From assembly GCA_026025795.1 (NCBI GenBank), contig JAPEUG010000053.1, forward strand, positions 45,211 to 65,210: a DNA stretch of 20,000 nt, read 5' to 3'. The notes below the pieces were generated by a model. That model was not told where the DNA came from and searched no databases. It was given only the letters and a program-made list of their open reading frames with translations. Of the stretch, positions 8,027-20,000 are shown one piece after another (within the stretch, counting starts at the first letter, position 1; the number at the start of each line of letters is the position of its first letter). Made by a program: the position numbers and the translations under genes. This stretch comes from Thelocarpon superellum (taxonomy: Eukaryota).

Positions 8027-9439
8027 CACACACAGTATATGATTACTATATAGATCCAATTGTATTCTGTTCCTACATACAATCTCACAATGTGGTTGAA
8101 CTGACATCTAGGATAGTAGTATAGCTAACTATAATAGGAAATCGATCATGAGCTCAGGAGGTGTGCAGGCCTGCTCACATGCTAAGCAGTGTAGGGGTTA
8201 TTCTGAGCAGCTAGTCTACTCTGGGCTGACCCCTCAGTAGAGACTATACCTAATTAGGAACTAGCAACAGAATCTACCCAACCCAAACCTTCCTGCGAAA
8301 ACACTCTAATCAGAATAAAAAATTGAGTTAGGCAAATATAAAAATGGGTGAGATACTTTTGGGCGGAAACGGATTCAACCCAATACCAGAATGAATCCAC
8401 GACCCAATCGACGAGGGGTCCCCAAAATCCAATGACATATACTTCGCCAACGCCACGGTGAAACTTGCAACTACAGCTAAGACGTCTAGAGAGATGCCCA
8501 TGGAAGAGCGACGCTCTGATGTGATCACTCGTTGATGGCTAGGCCACCCAATGCTACAAACGTGCGTATTCATCTGCTTCATCGCGCTTCATCGCGCGGC
8601 CAAGGCATCGGAAGAGGTCTTCATGACCGCACGCGGATACTAGCGACCGTGGAAGATACGTTTCGCCCATCACGACCAAAGCCACAAAAGGACGACATGG
8701 CCCAATCTCATCAACCGGCAGATGGGACAGACCGGCCTGGCTGGTCTTACTGGATCCAAGCAGTGATCGTCGAGGGTAAACAATTCGTGAACCGCTTTTC
8801 CTTTTTACTTCCGTCGACCCTAGTAATGTGAGTAGAGGGTGTTTCAAACTCAGATCGGCCAGGCCTGAGAAGCGCCGTGTCTTGAGTGACGGGGAGGGTG
8901 GTGGGACATGTGCTGCTGGTCGCGTCATTCATTCATTCGTCTCGCCGTCGCCGTTTTTGATGTTCTGCTTACGTCGCTTGGCTGATCGTTCGATCGAACT
9001 GGGGAAGAGGTTGGCATGTGCTTCCTGCTGCTACTCTTGCTCCTGCTCCTGCGCCTGCTGTGGCATTGTCTTGGCTATAACTATCGATCATGCACCAGCG
9101 AAGAGGAGCGAAGAGAAGAGAAGACGAGAGGAGATGCGGAGCGGGGGCAACAGCAGCAGGAGAAGAAAAAGAGAGAAAACGAACCGACTCATTACCGGCA
9201 CATTGTACGTGGTCAAGTCATCCATGAAGGGATATATGCACATGCGAAGATATCTCTGTCTACATCATTCGTACGAGTGCTTACGACATTTGCCTGTCTG
9301 TCTGTTCCTGATGGTGACGCTCTCGTAGCTCATCCATGTCCTGTCTCCTGCGTCTTGCGTCCTGACCTCTTTCATATGCCTGTGTGTCGTGATGATCATG
9401 ATCCATGAGGTTGAGTGAGATGGATTGACACGAGACTAA

Positions 9440-10361
9440 TCACACATGCTCGCGGAAGAACTCCAAGACCGTCTTGTAGCCGCGCGTAAACTCCTCCACG
9501 TTTCGCTCATCGGAGAGGTCGCTCCTAGAATCGGTCGCGAGTGGTTAGACAACTGGATCCAATCATCAGTACGAGTATGTCAGAAGAACTTACCGCGCGC
9601 CCATCCAGCCATGGATCTGATCAGAATAAGTCTCGACGTGCTTCGGAGTCTTCAAGGCCTTTTCAAACTCCGCTACGGCCTCCGCAGACTCGTCCTTACT
9701 AGCCAGGACGGCAAAGGGAATCGTAATCTTCGCGGCATCCGCGGCGTTCACAAAGGCCGGATGAGCCATAGCCGCCGCGTCGAAGGGCGTATCTGGTCCG
9801 CTGCTGAGCGCAATCACCTTTCCTCCCCAGCAGAGTCCCAGGGCGCCCCACGCAGTCGGGCTGTCTTTCTCCTGCACCGCCTTGACTACCCCAGGGACAC
9901 GCTCCACCGTCTGGGTCGGCGGGCCGATCCTCGACCAGAACGCAGCCGACTTGGCCTTATCCTCGTCCGTCTTGGGCGGGTGCCAGGCGCGCTGGGCTGG
10001 TTGGCCTTCAAACCAATCGGGAACGTAGACGCGGTACGGGCTCTCGGTGTTGGAATAGGCCAGGATGTCGGCCCCCTGGAGTGTCTGGTCGCAGTAGCCG
10101 AAGATATCGTAAACGAAGAGGATGGCTTTTTTGGCCTCCGCAGGGCCCGTCACATCTGTTTGGATCCAGAGGAGGAAAATGTCAATGATTGCCAGTCACA
10201 TAGTCCTTCGTGGGAGGGGGAGTGGGTGGGAGCGGAAGTGGTGAACATGCACCCGTACATGTCTTCAGGCCCGCGTACTCCGTGTATGTGCCTTTGGTCT
10301 CATAGCCCGACGCCTTGACCGCGGGAATGGTCAGGCATGCGGCGCAGGGTTTCGACGCCAT
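9440..10361 (-). CDS. Dienelactone hydrolase family protein (alpha/beta hydrolase), 249 aa; exons 10361-10259, 10155-9594, 9524-9440
   Basis: Splicing gives LKTYVTGP, FVYDIFG, nucleophile elbow GLCWGG, AHPAFV, ASKDE, IHGWMGAR-SDL and GYKTVLEFF. Introns GTACGG...CAG and GTAAGT...CTAAC...TAG; exons total 750 nt. Confidence 0.93.
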
Positions 10362-11100
10362 GATGGATGACGACGTGGATGATGCGACGCTGGTATGCAG
10401 GAACACGCGAAGGGACGACGGCGGCGTTATGGAAATGGTGGTTTGATGCTCTTGTAATTGGTGGAATGATAACACCAGGAATTGGTACCGTGATGAATCG
10501 ACAAATTGACGAAGAAGGAGGGAGATGGAATAGTGACGCTCAACGACCGGCAATGCGGGGTGGTGGCGTCTTTCGAGCTCGCTCTATCTGCATGACGCGC
10601 GGTGGAGTCGAATGGCGTAAGAGGCGCAAGTCGAATGACGGACTCGCCCTCTCCGACCAGAGAGGGTGGATGAGGGCGATGCACTCTACCATAGGGTGTT
10701 GTGATGCCGTTCTTTCCGCGTTGCCGCTGCCCACGCACGATTGGCTTTCTCTCGCGGGGATATCGCAGGCCCGGTCGACCTTGGGCCTCCGACCTTGGGC
10801 CTCCGACCTCGGACCTCGGGCCTGCTCCACCTTCACCTTCGCATCGAAAGCGCCAATGAGTTGAGCGGATCACGTCATCAGCGTCGACGTCTATGGGCAA
10901 AGGTTGCATCGGACCATGTCTATTGTCAGTGTGCAGCACAGCTACGTCATACATTGGTGTGTACATGGCCATTGTGAGAATGCCATTCTAAGCAGGCGCC
11001 ACCGGCGAGCCGCCGCAACGGAAGCCACAGGTATCCCTGATGTGCACCGAACGTCCAGCACCCAACAAGCTCATGCTCAGGCGCGAGCGTGCCTCACACA

Positions 11101-11220
11101 CATCCTCATCCTCATCCTCATCCTCATCCTCATCCTCATCCTCATCCTCATCCTCATCCTCATCCTCATCCTCATCCTCATCCTCATCCTCATCCTCATC
11201 CTCATCCTCATCCACATCCA
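11101..11220. repeat. Hexanucleotide microsatellite (CATCCT)18 plus 2 CATCCA variants
   Basis: Direct reading: 18 perfect units 11101-11208, then catcca catcca; starts 10 nt downstream of the prp4 stop codon. Confidence 0.98.
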
Positions 11221-11230
11221 CGTCGACGTC

Positions 11231-13876
<2,646 letters not shown>

Positions 13877-14556
13877 CGTGCGTCTGCAGACGACGGGTGG
13901 GGATGGTGGACGCTGCGCAGCGCCTGGACGAGCCGTGATCGAGTTAGCTTGAGTATCAAGGACACGACGAGACGTTGGTGAGAAGGCCAACCAGCTACGC
14001 GTTCGGGCTCGGTGTGGTAGATCGGTGGATATCGAGATGGAGCAGGCGCCGCGCGGATGGTCGGAGATCCCGGCACGACCAGATGCGGTCCATAGGCTCC
14101 GTGCGAGATGCAAGAGTACGTGGCTGGTGAAGCCTCACGATGCGTCCCTCGCGCTACGCGATGCTTGTCGGCAGCGAGCACAGTCCAGGTAGATGCGCAA
14201 GAATGATGGAAAGAGGGGAGCACGCCAGCAGGCTTGAATTCGACAACGCCTGGTGGTTGCCACGACCGGACTAGGAGATGCAGGCAACTGATTATTCAGA
14301 CAGGCCCCCCAAGCGCCGACCCGTGGCGCTAGGGAGGGCCCCAGCAAATCACACCATGGTCGGTCATCCGATCCAAGCCATTTTGTTGCCCCACATCATC
14401 CTGACCTGAACCTGTCCAACTCTTCGTCACCCTGTACATCAAAGGATGCATTAGGGCTCTGGAGCCTCTCGGCCATTTCCTACACATCGAACGCGGAGAT
14501 ACTCGATCGCCGTCGCGGAGCCACGTTCCCAGCACCAGGGCGAGACTCCCCTCATC

Positions 14557-14895
14557 ATGGCCGGAGGCAATCGAGAAGGTGCGCCTGGAGGATGGCTCCC
14601 CCTGGAGGATGGCTCCCCCTTCCACCACCAAGACTGACCTCGGCGTGGCGAGCAGGTGGCAAGGCAAAGCCCCTGAAGCAGCCCAAGAAGGAGAAGAAGG
14701 AGATGGACGAGGAGGAGGTGGCTTTTAAGGAGAAGCAAAAGGCCGGTACGTTGGCCGTGTCGCACTTCCCCGCGCCTTCGCGTGCTGACGACGTACTTTG
14801 CGGCAGACGCCAAGGCACAAAAGGAGATGGCGGAGAAGGCGAAAGGGAAGGGTCCGCTGGCCACGGGCGGCATCAAGAAGTCGGGCAAGAAGTGA
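14557..14895 (+). CDS. tma7: Translation machinery-associated protein 7, 66 aa; exons 14557-14578, 14656-14745, 14807-14895
   Basis: Spliced product [66 protein letters not shown]; introns GTGCGC...CTGAC...CAG and GTACGT...GCTGAC...CAG; exons total 201 nt. Confidence 0.95.
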
Positions 14896-15241
14896 GGTTG
14901 GCGGCATGTTATCACGCTGGTTCAGCCATCTCGAGAAGAGAGGATTATGATTCGATTCACGCTCGAGAAGTGACGCTCGCAACGGCTACCAAAAATCTGC
15001 TCCTCTCGGCCGACAGGCAAAGCCGTGGCCCCGCCCCTCTCCCAGCATCAACGTCGACGCCTCTAGTGTACACAAGCAAATCGCTCCGTGATTGCGCCTC
15101 CGCAAACATAAGTCGTATCCGTCGTATCCGCCCTGAAATCCATCCATCTAAGGGTATCAAGGCTGGAAGAAGCCGGACCTTCGAGGAGTCACAATGTATG
15201 AACACGAATCCGCCCTCCGCCGGCGATGTCCTGGCGAGTGA

Positions 15242-17020
15242 CTACCCAGCCACACGTCGCACCCACAGCCCCGTTGGTTCGCCCGAATTCTCTTCTGCGT
15301 CCCTGCGACGCCACGCGCGGTGTAACTTGATGCCCAAGTCGTGCTCCTGCACCGCGACCTCGGCCAGCTCGGAGCGACAGGTGTCGGCCCGGCGATCCAA
15401 CTCCCACGCCGACGGGGTGCCCGCGGTGTTGGGTAGCAGGTTGGTCAGCTCCTTGATGATGCGCTCCAGATTCCGGCGCCGATTGTGGAGGCTGTCAAGC
15501 TGAGCTTGCAGGCTGGTGATGAGATCGACTGATTCGGCTTCGGGCGGGGACTGCGGGAGTGACTTATTGGGGCTCGCAGGCGTGACCTTGCGTGGCGTCG
15601 CCTTGCTGGTCGTGGGGGTACGCGCTGGCACGGCCTTGCGCGCAAGACTCTTTCGCTCTGGGCTGTTGGGTCCAGGCACGGGTCGCGGCCTGTCGAGCAC
15701 GCCGTAGGGAGGCGTGCGAGTGCCGCTGTTGACCGTGGCATTCGTGCCCATCGGCGTGCTGGAAAGCGGCGTCCGAGGCGCCGTCGCCGAGGCCGAGTCC
15801 CTGTTGCGGACGCCGGTGTTCTTACTCCCGTCCGCGACTGGGGTGTTGCTGACACCCGCGATGCTGTTGATCGTGGACAAGCCGAGGTCGTTGGACGGCG
15901 CTTTCTGATGGGTCCCTTGAGCAGGGCTCTTCGCCCGCGGCGGCGGGGAGATGCGTTGTGGTGGCGTATGCCGCCCCAGTTTGAGGGGCGGCGTCGGCCG
16001 GATGCCGTCCTCACCACGGGCCATCTTGACCGCGCCCGCGTGTGAAGCCGATCCAGGAGAGTACACGGCGCTGGCGGGGCTGGGGTCCCCGAACGGGCCC
16101 AACATGCTCTCTGTGCGGGGAGGACGGGCAGGCGGGGTCCGGTATGCGAGGGCGTCGACCGTATTTTGCAACACGGCCACGCCCCGCTTGACATCGTGCA
16201 CTTTCGCACCCTCGGGCCGGAGCCCTGTCTGGCGCGCCTTCAACACCCGCTCGGCGAAGCTAGCATTGCCAGGCCGCGCTTGACGCTCGGTCGCAAAGTC
16301 GCCCCAGCTCGTCATGACGGAGCCGCGCTCGGTGGTAACGTGGGCGGCATCGTGCGCCTGTGCGACGGCTACGGGCAAGCGAGATGGCTCTCTGGCCGTG
16401 TACGATGGCCCCGTCAGGGGGGGCCCCCACTGGAACGCACCGGCCTCGGATTGCGTGACCCGATCTTCGACGGGCGAGACCCGGGATGCCCCTCTGCCGC
16501 CGTCGGATGTGCCCGGTGAACTTGGCGGGGAGATCTCGCTGGGGGCGGGCGGGAAGGTCGACGTGGTGGCGGTGTGAGGATGGTGACCCTGACGAGACGG
16601 TGGGGGTGAGTGCGTGAGCGATGATGGCGCCGTCGTCGGCGGTGACGGCTGTTCCGGGTGACTGGCCAAGGGTGAGTGCTGTTGATGGGTCGGCGCGGTC
16701 GCGATGTTTTCCCAGTCCGATGGTCCCTCGAGCCGATATGACATGGGCGGAGACTCACTGCCAATCGAATCATGGTACGTTAGCTGGACATCTTCATAGC
16801 TGTCGTGCCCGAGGCCGTTGGGAGAGACATACAACGGCATCGGCGGGAGGGCTCGCTCGTCATGTTCCGGCTTGGCCAAAATCTCACGGTGGTCATATGG
16901 TCCCTCGACGCCGGGAGGGGAGCTACCGTGTAAAGCGTTCTCGTCCAGCGTGGTCTCGATGAGCACGGGATGGCCGATGACGGGCCGGTGATGGCCCTGC
17001 AGGCGCTTCCACATCATCAT
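15242..17020 (-). CDS. Uncharacterised P/S-rich fungal protein with a C-terminal coiled coil ending PTGLWVRRVAG (~592 aa)
   Basis: Uninterrupted 592-codon ORF; low-complexity body followed by an ordered heptad region DLITSLQAQLDSLHNRRRNLERIIKELT...ELAEVAVQEHDLGIKLHRAWRRRD. The C-terminal motif resembles a family of filamentous-ascomycete hypothetical proteins (recollection, not searched). Which of three tandem ATGs is the start is uncertain. Confidence 0.8.
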   Translation of the reverse strand: MMMWKRLQGHHRPVIGHPVLIETTLDENALHGSSPPGVEGPYDHREILAKPEHDERALPPMPLYVSPNGLGHDSYEDVQLTYHDSIGSESPPMSYRLEGPSDWENIATAPTHQQHSPLASHPEQPSPPTTAPSSLTHSPPPSRQGHHPHTATTSTFPPAPSEISPPSSPGTSDGGRGASRVSPVEDRVTQSEAGAFQWGPPLTGPSYTAREPSRLPVAVAQAHDAAHVTTERGSVMTSWGDFATERQARPGNASFAERVLKARQTGLRPEGAKVHDVKRGVAVLQNTVDALAYRTPPARPPRTESMLGPFGDPSPASAVYSPGSASHAGAVKMARGEDGIRPTPPLKLGRHTPPQRISPPPRAKSPAQGTHQKAPSNDLGLSTINSIAGVSNTPVADGSKNTGVRNRDSASATAPRTPLSSTPMGTNATVNSGTRTPPYGVLDRPRPVPGPNSPERKSLARKAVPARTPTTSKATPRKVTPASPNKSLPQSPPEAESVDLITSLQAQLDSLHNRRRNLERIIKELTNLLPNTAGTPSAWELDRRADTCRSELAEVAVQEHDLGIKLHRAWRRRDAEENSGEPTGLWVRRVAG

Positions 17021-18781
17021 CGTGACCTGCCACCGCGGCCCCCGGCTGCGGTTCCGTGGATGTCGCGGATGATGTCGGCGGGGGATGTGTGCCGGCCGCG
17101 AGGTGGTGATGAAGGTGAGGAAGCGGGGCCGTCCGCGAACCTTGGCTCAAGATGATCCACGATGACGGCGAGAGTCCGGTGAAGGAAGGTGAAATGGGCA
17201 GCCGAAGAGAACGGAGAGGAAGGGGGGCTTAGGGATGGAGGCTGCTGGCTTTAGGCTTGAGGCTTGCGCGGCTGGGTTTAGCGGGCCGATGATCCTACAG
17301 CTGTTGCTCGACAACGTGCGATGACAAAGGCCCGAGGTTTGGCGTAGTATTTGTTGTGGCGGCCACGCATGAGGGATATGTCCCATGTGAAGGTTCGCTT
17401 GCTGAGGCGTCAGCTGGAAGGGTAAACGTCCGTGCTAGGGCGCCGTGCTGTGCGCCCTCCTCTAAGCATTGACGACCGCGAAGCGACGACCCAACCAGCA
17501 CGATAGATCCTTCGGAAGACGTTTAAAATAGATCAAAGGAGCAGCGCCGTCATCCACGCCTGACACCACCAGTATGTACGCACCTGCACGACAGAAACAA
17601 GCAGATTCGAGGGGCTCCAGCGGCGATGTAACGAGGGTGAGTGAAATCAATATCACGTCCGGACACAAAGTACTTGTACGGTGCCCGTCGGTCGTGCGGC
17701 GCGGTAGATCATCGTTCTCTGTGGTGGGGCGACACGAACTAACGGACGCGGAGCGTTTCGCATCGTCCCCCTGGTCTCGGTGGTGGGGGGAGAAAACAGA
17801 ACCTGCCGGTCTGACGGCAACTCCAGTACTAGGCAATCCTACCCCGGTCCAATCCCACCGATCGGCGGAGGACCGTGATCACGTCCATGGTTATGGCATG
17901 AGCTTCAACAGTAACTCGGTCCTGGTCGCCATGCCGATGCAGCTGTTGCCACAACAGGAGGTAACAAAGGAGGGAAGACCTCGATGACTCGATGAAGGAG
18001 ATGTGGACATGCTGGGGGATGAACCATGGGGCGCTGCTCGATTCTCCATCTTGTCGTAGCCGGAAGTGGAGTCTGAGCCGGAGCCCGAGCCGGAGCCGGA
18101 TCCACGCGCACGCGTCCTCTTGATCAGACGAGTTTGCACCAGTCCCTCGTCGCCATTAAGTGGACTGACCTCCCCAACGGTCACGTGTGGTTACGATAGC
18201 GTTGGCCGCGGGCCTTATTTCATACCAAGGAAAATATTAAGGGGCTGGCATCGGCACGGATCCTTTACCAACAACGCCCTCGGGAGTCCCGAGAGTGTGT
18301 GATCGCTTTTATTGCAGTGCCTGCACAGACCTAGGCGAGTATGCTAGGGCATGCAGCCCCAGAGGGAGCCTGAGGGCGCTCGCTTGCCCGGCCGCTCGTG
18401 CAGCGACACAGCCACTCGGCCGCAGGACTCGAAAAGGCCACGATTGCGCCGCCTGGTCCGTGCGGCCGGCACGATTTTCGGGCGAGCAACCTTGAGACTC
18501 GTAAGGCCTGTCCTCTGCAGGCCGCACGTCGGCGTCGGTACGCATAAGCATAGAACAGAATACTTTTCTGCCACCGCGGTGCATGTGGAGCATGATCTGC
18601 GGCAAGTCGGCACGAACAGACTACGATAATGCCCTGTGATTCCTTGCCGAGTCCATCACGGCGATATCGTTCAGGACTCCGGCTTACGGCTACGGGGCAT
18701 GTCTGCTCCCGACACGGACGATCAACGTGAAAGCCCGCGTCCTATTACGCTCCTGCAGGGGTCGATCCCAGCCCGCTCTAG

Positions 18782-19420
18782 CATGAGTCCGTGACCTCGA
18801 TCGATCTACGCGATCTCCATGACACCATCACCAGAAGAAGTCCCCAGGTTTCCTTCACCAGCGATATCACCTGGTCTCTGACTGCTCTTGGTTTTGACGC
18901 GGACTTGGCTGTCGTAGCTGTCGCTGATATTCCGACGGAGGGGGGATTGTCATCAGTCGTAAGAATTGATCCTCAAGGACCCGACCTGCACAAGCGAGCG
19001 TGGCATGAGAGCATTCGCTTGATATGTAGAGTCCCAGCAGATCAGGTGTTCTGGTCCGACTCTCGCTCGGTCTGTTGCGTGAAACCGACGTGCGAGAAGT
19101 GGGCATCGTGGAAAGCATTCGAAGATGCCCGAAAACTTGAGTCGAATGGAGTACTATCGATGAAGAGCAAGAGGATCCGGCAATCTCAGGGGATGTTGCA
19201 TCAATTTGTCAAGCTTGTACATGGGCTTCATCAACAAGACGTACGAACAAGACTTAGTCATGCCTACTGCATCGCTTCGGGTTGCGTAAGTACGTAGGAT
19301 GTGACGATACTTCCCGTGGCGAGATATGCTCGGGAGCCGTAAAGCCACGGATGCTGATCGAACAAGTTTGCGCAATTGAGTGGATGTGTGGAGGCGAGGG
19401 AAGCGGTGAATCACTCATAG
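18782..19420 (+). CDS. Possible internal and terminal exons of an orphan gene or pseudogene
   Basis: 168-codon open frame bounded by ctcTAG (18779-18781) and a GTAAGT donor at 19286; downstream GCTGAT...AAG (19366) would add FAQLSGCVEAREAVNHS*. No recognised domain and no convincing first exon. Confidence 0.25.
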
Positions 19421-19583
19421 GGCGCTCCTCAAAGATTCCCGCCAACGTAAAACAACAACCATGGTGCTTAGGATCGTAAGCTCGTGAGCATACTACTACT
19501 TCTACTAGTAGTAGTAACATACTACTGTAGGAATGAGAGCTGAATTGCTAATCTACGCGTAGTCGGGATAGTAATAGGAGTTG

Positions 19584-19604
19584 GCACGTGACCAAATCAC
19601 GTGC
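19584..19604. promoter_or_regulatory. Inverted pair of E-boxes GCACGTGA-ccaaa-TCACGTGC (bHLH, Cbf1-like sites)
   Basis: Perfect 8-bp inverted repeat with a 5-nt spacer, each arm containing CACGTG, in non-coding DNA. Confidence 0.5.
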
Positions 19605-20000
19605 GCGCTCCTACACTACTAGAGTTACTGATGGCTTAGTTGGTGAAGTTAGTGAGAGGAGCGCATCGACCTGGAGAAGACTGCCAAGTGGGTTGAATGT
19701 GCAACCGTACAGTGTGCGCCGGTCCCCTGTCAGTGGCCCATCCTCGCAGCCCTGGGGTACGAGTACGAGTACGTACCTCCGGTACATGGTGCCCGGTACC
19801 GAGGGCACGCGGAAGTAGGTGATCATCTAAACCTCCAATGTCTCGTCCGTCCATGTCTCGCGGGTCGTACTTCTGATCCTCAAATTGCTCGGCAGGCGGC
19901 TGGCTACAACCCAGCGGCGCTGTCCCAGCGCGTCATGTGCGGATCTCAGTGAGGCTTGAGACCGTTGGTCGCTCTTCACGTCGGCTTCCGACCTTCAGGA

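Larger units (their letters stand above)
6792..8306. mobile_element. Right-hand part of a degenerate PIF/Harbinger-like DNA transposon interrupted by the Gypsy element
   Basis: Transposase C-terminus (+) tail-to-tail with a second ORF (-); same CpG loss; candidate terminus ...CCTGCGAAAACACTC followed by TAA at 8307-8309, where CpG-rich DNA resumes. Confidence 0.7.

Noticed and set aside
8212..8258. Imperfect hairpin and CCTAATTAGG palindrome near the transposon end
   Set aside because: Pairing is weak, and TA-rich palindromes are expected by-products of the transitions.
8328..9408. Several short ORFs and GA-rich or CTG-rich stretches
   Set aside because: Low-complexity intergenic sequence with no coherent splice model or domain.
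9446..10318. 290-aa plus-strand ORF
   Set aside because: Antisense shadow of the dienelactone hydrolase gene in GC-rich DNA; no recognisable motifs.
11101..11220. CRISPR-like or telomeric array
   Set aside because: No spacers, eukaryotic context, and the unit is not TTAGGG-like.
13877..14113. N-terminal extension of the 622-aa prp4 ORF
   Set aside because: Begins at a non-ATG codon; the first plausible ATG and the DEGEI motif start at 13876.
14592..15503. 303-aa ORF containing part of Tma7
   Set aside because: Starts within intron 1 and reads through intron 2; the spliced 66-aa model fits the complete protein.
18074..18100. (GAGCCG)n short repeat giving EPEPEP/GSGSGS ORFs
   Set aside because: About four units of ordinary microsatellite; the surrounding ORFs lack support.

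Overview
Eukaryotic, filamentous-ascomycete-like (Pezizomycotina-style introns) window in two sharply separated compartments. (1) 1-~8306 is dead, hypermutated transposon DNA that has lost almost every CpG. It holds a minus-strand Ty3/Gypsy chromovirus (5' LTR 6317-6791, gag, -1 frameshift site, pol with PR-RT-RH-IN-chromodomain; 3' LTR off-window to the left) inserted into the transposase gene of a PIF/Harbinger-like DNA transposon, whose second (Myb/SANT-like) ORF and probable right end survive at 6971-8306. Downstream of pol and antisense to it is a degraded two-intron gene for a Cys6 (Zn-cluster-like) protein. The LTR also shows a Tf1-type self-priming arrangement and four helically phased E-boxes, each knocked out at its CpG. 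(2) ~8310-20000 is CpG-rich host DNA with a dienelactone-hydrolase-family gene, the splicing kinase prp4 (long (GAGGAT)n tract just after its stop), tma7, and an uncharacterised protein with a coiled-coil C-terminus. All protein-family calls come from reading motifs by eye; no database searches were run.
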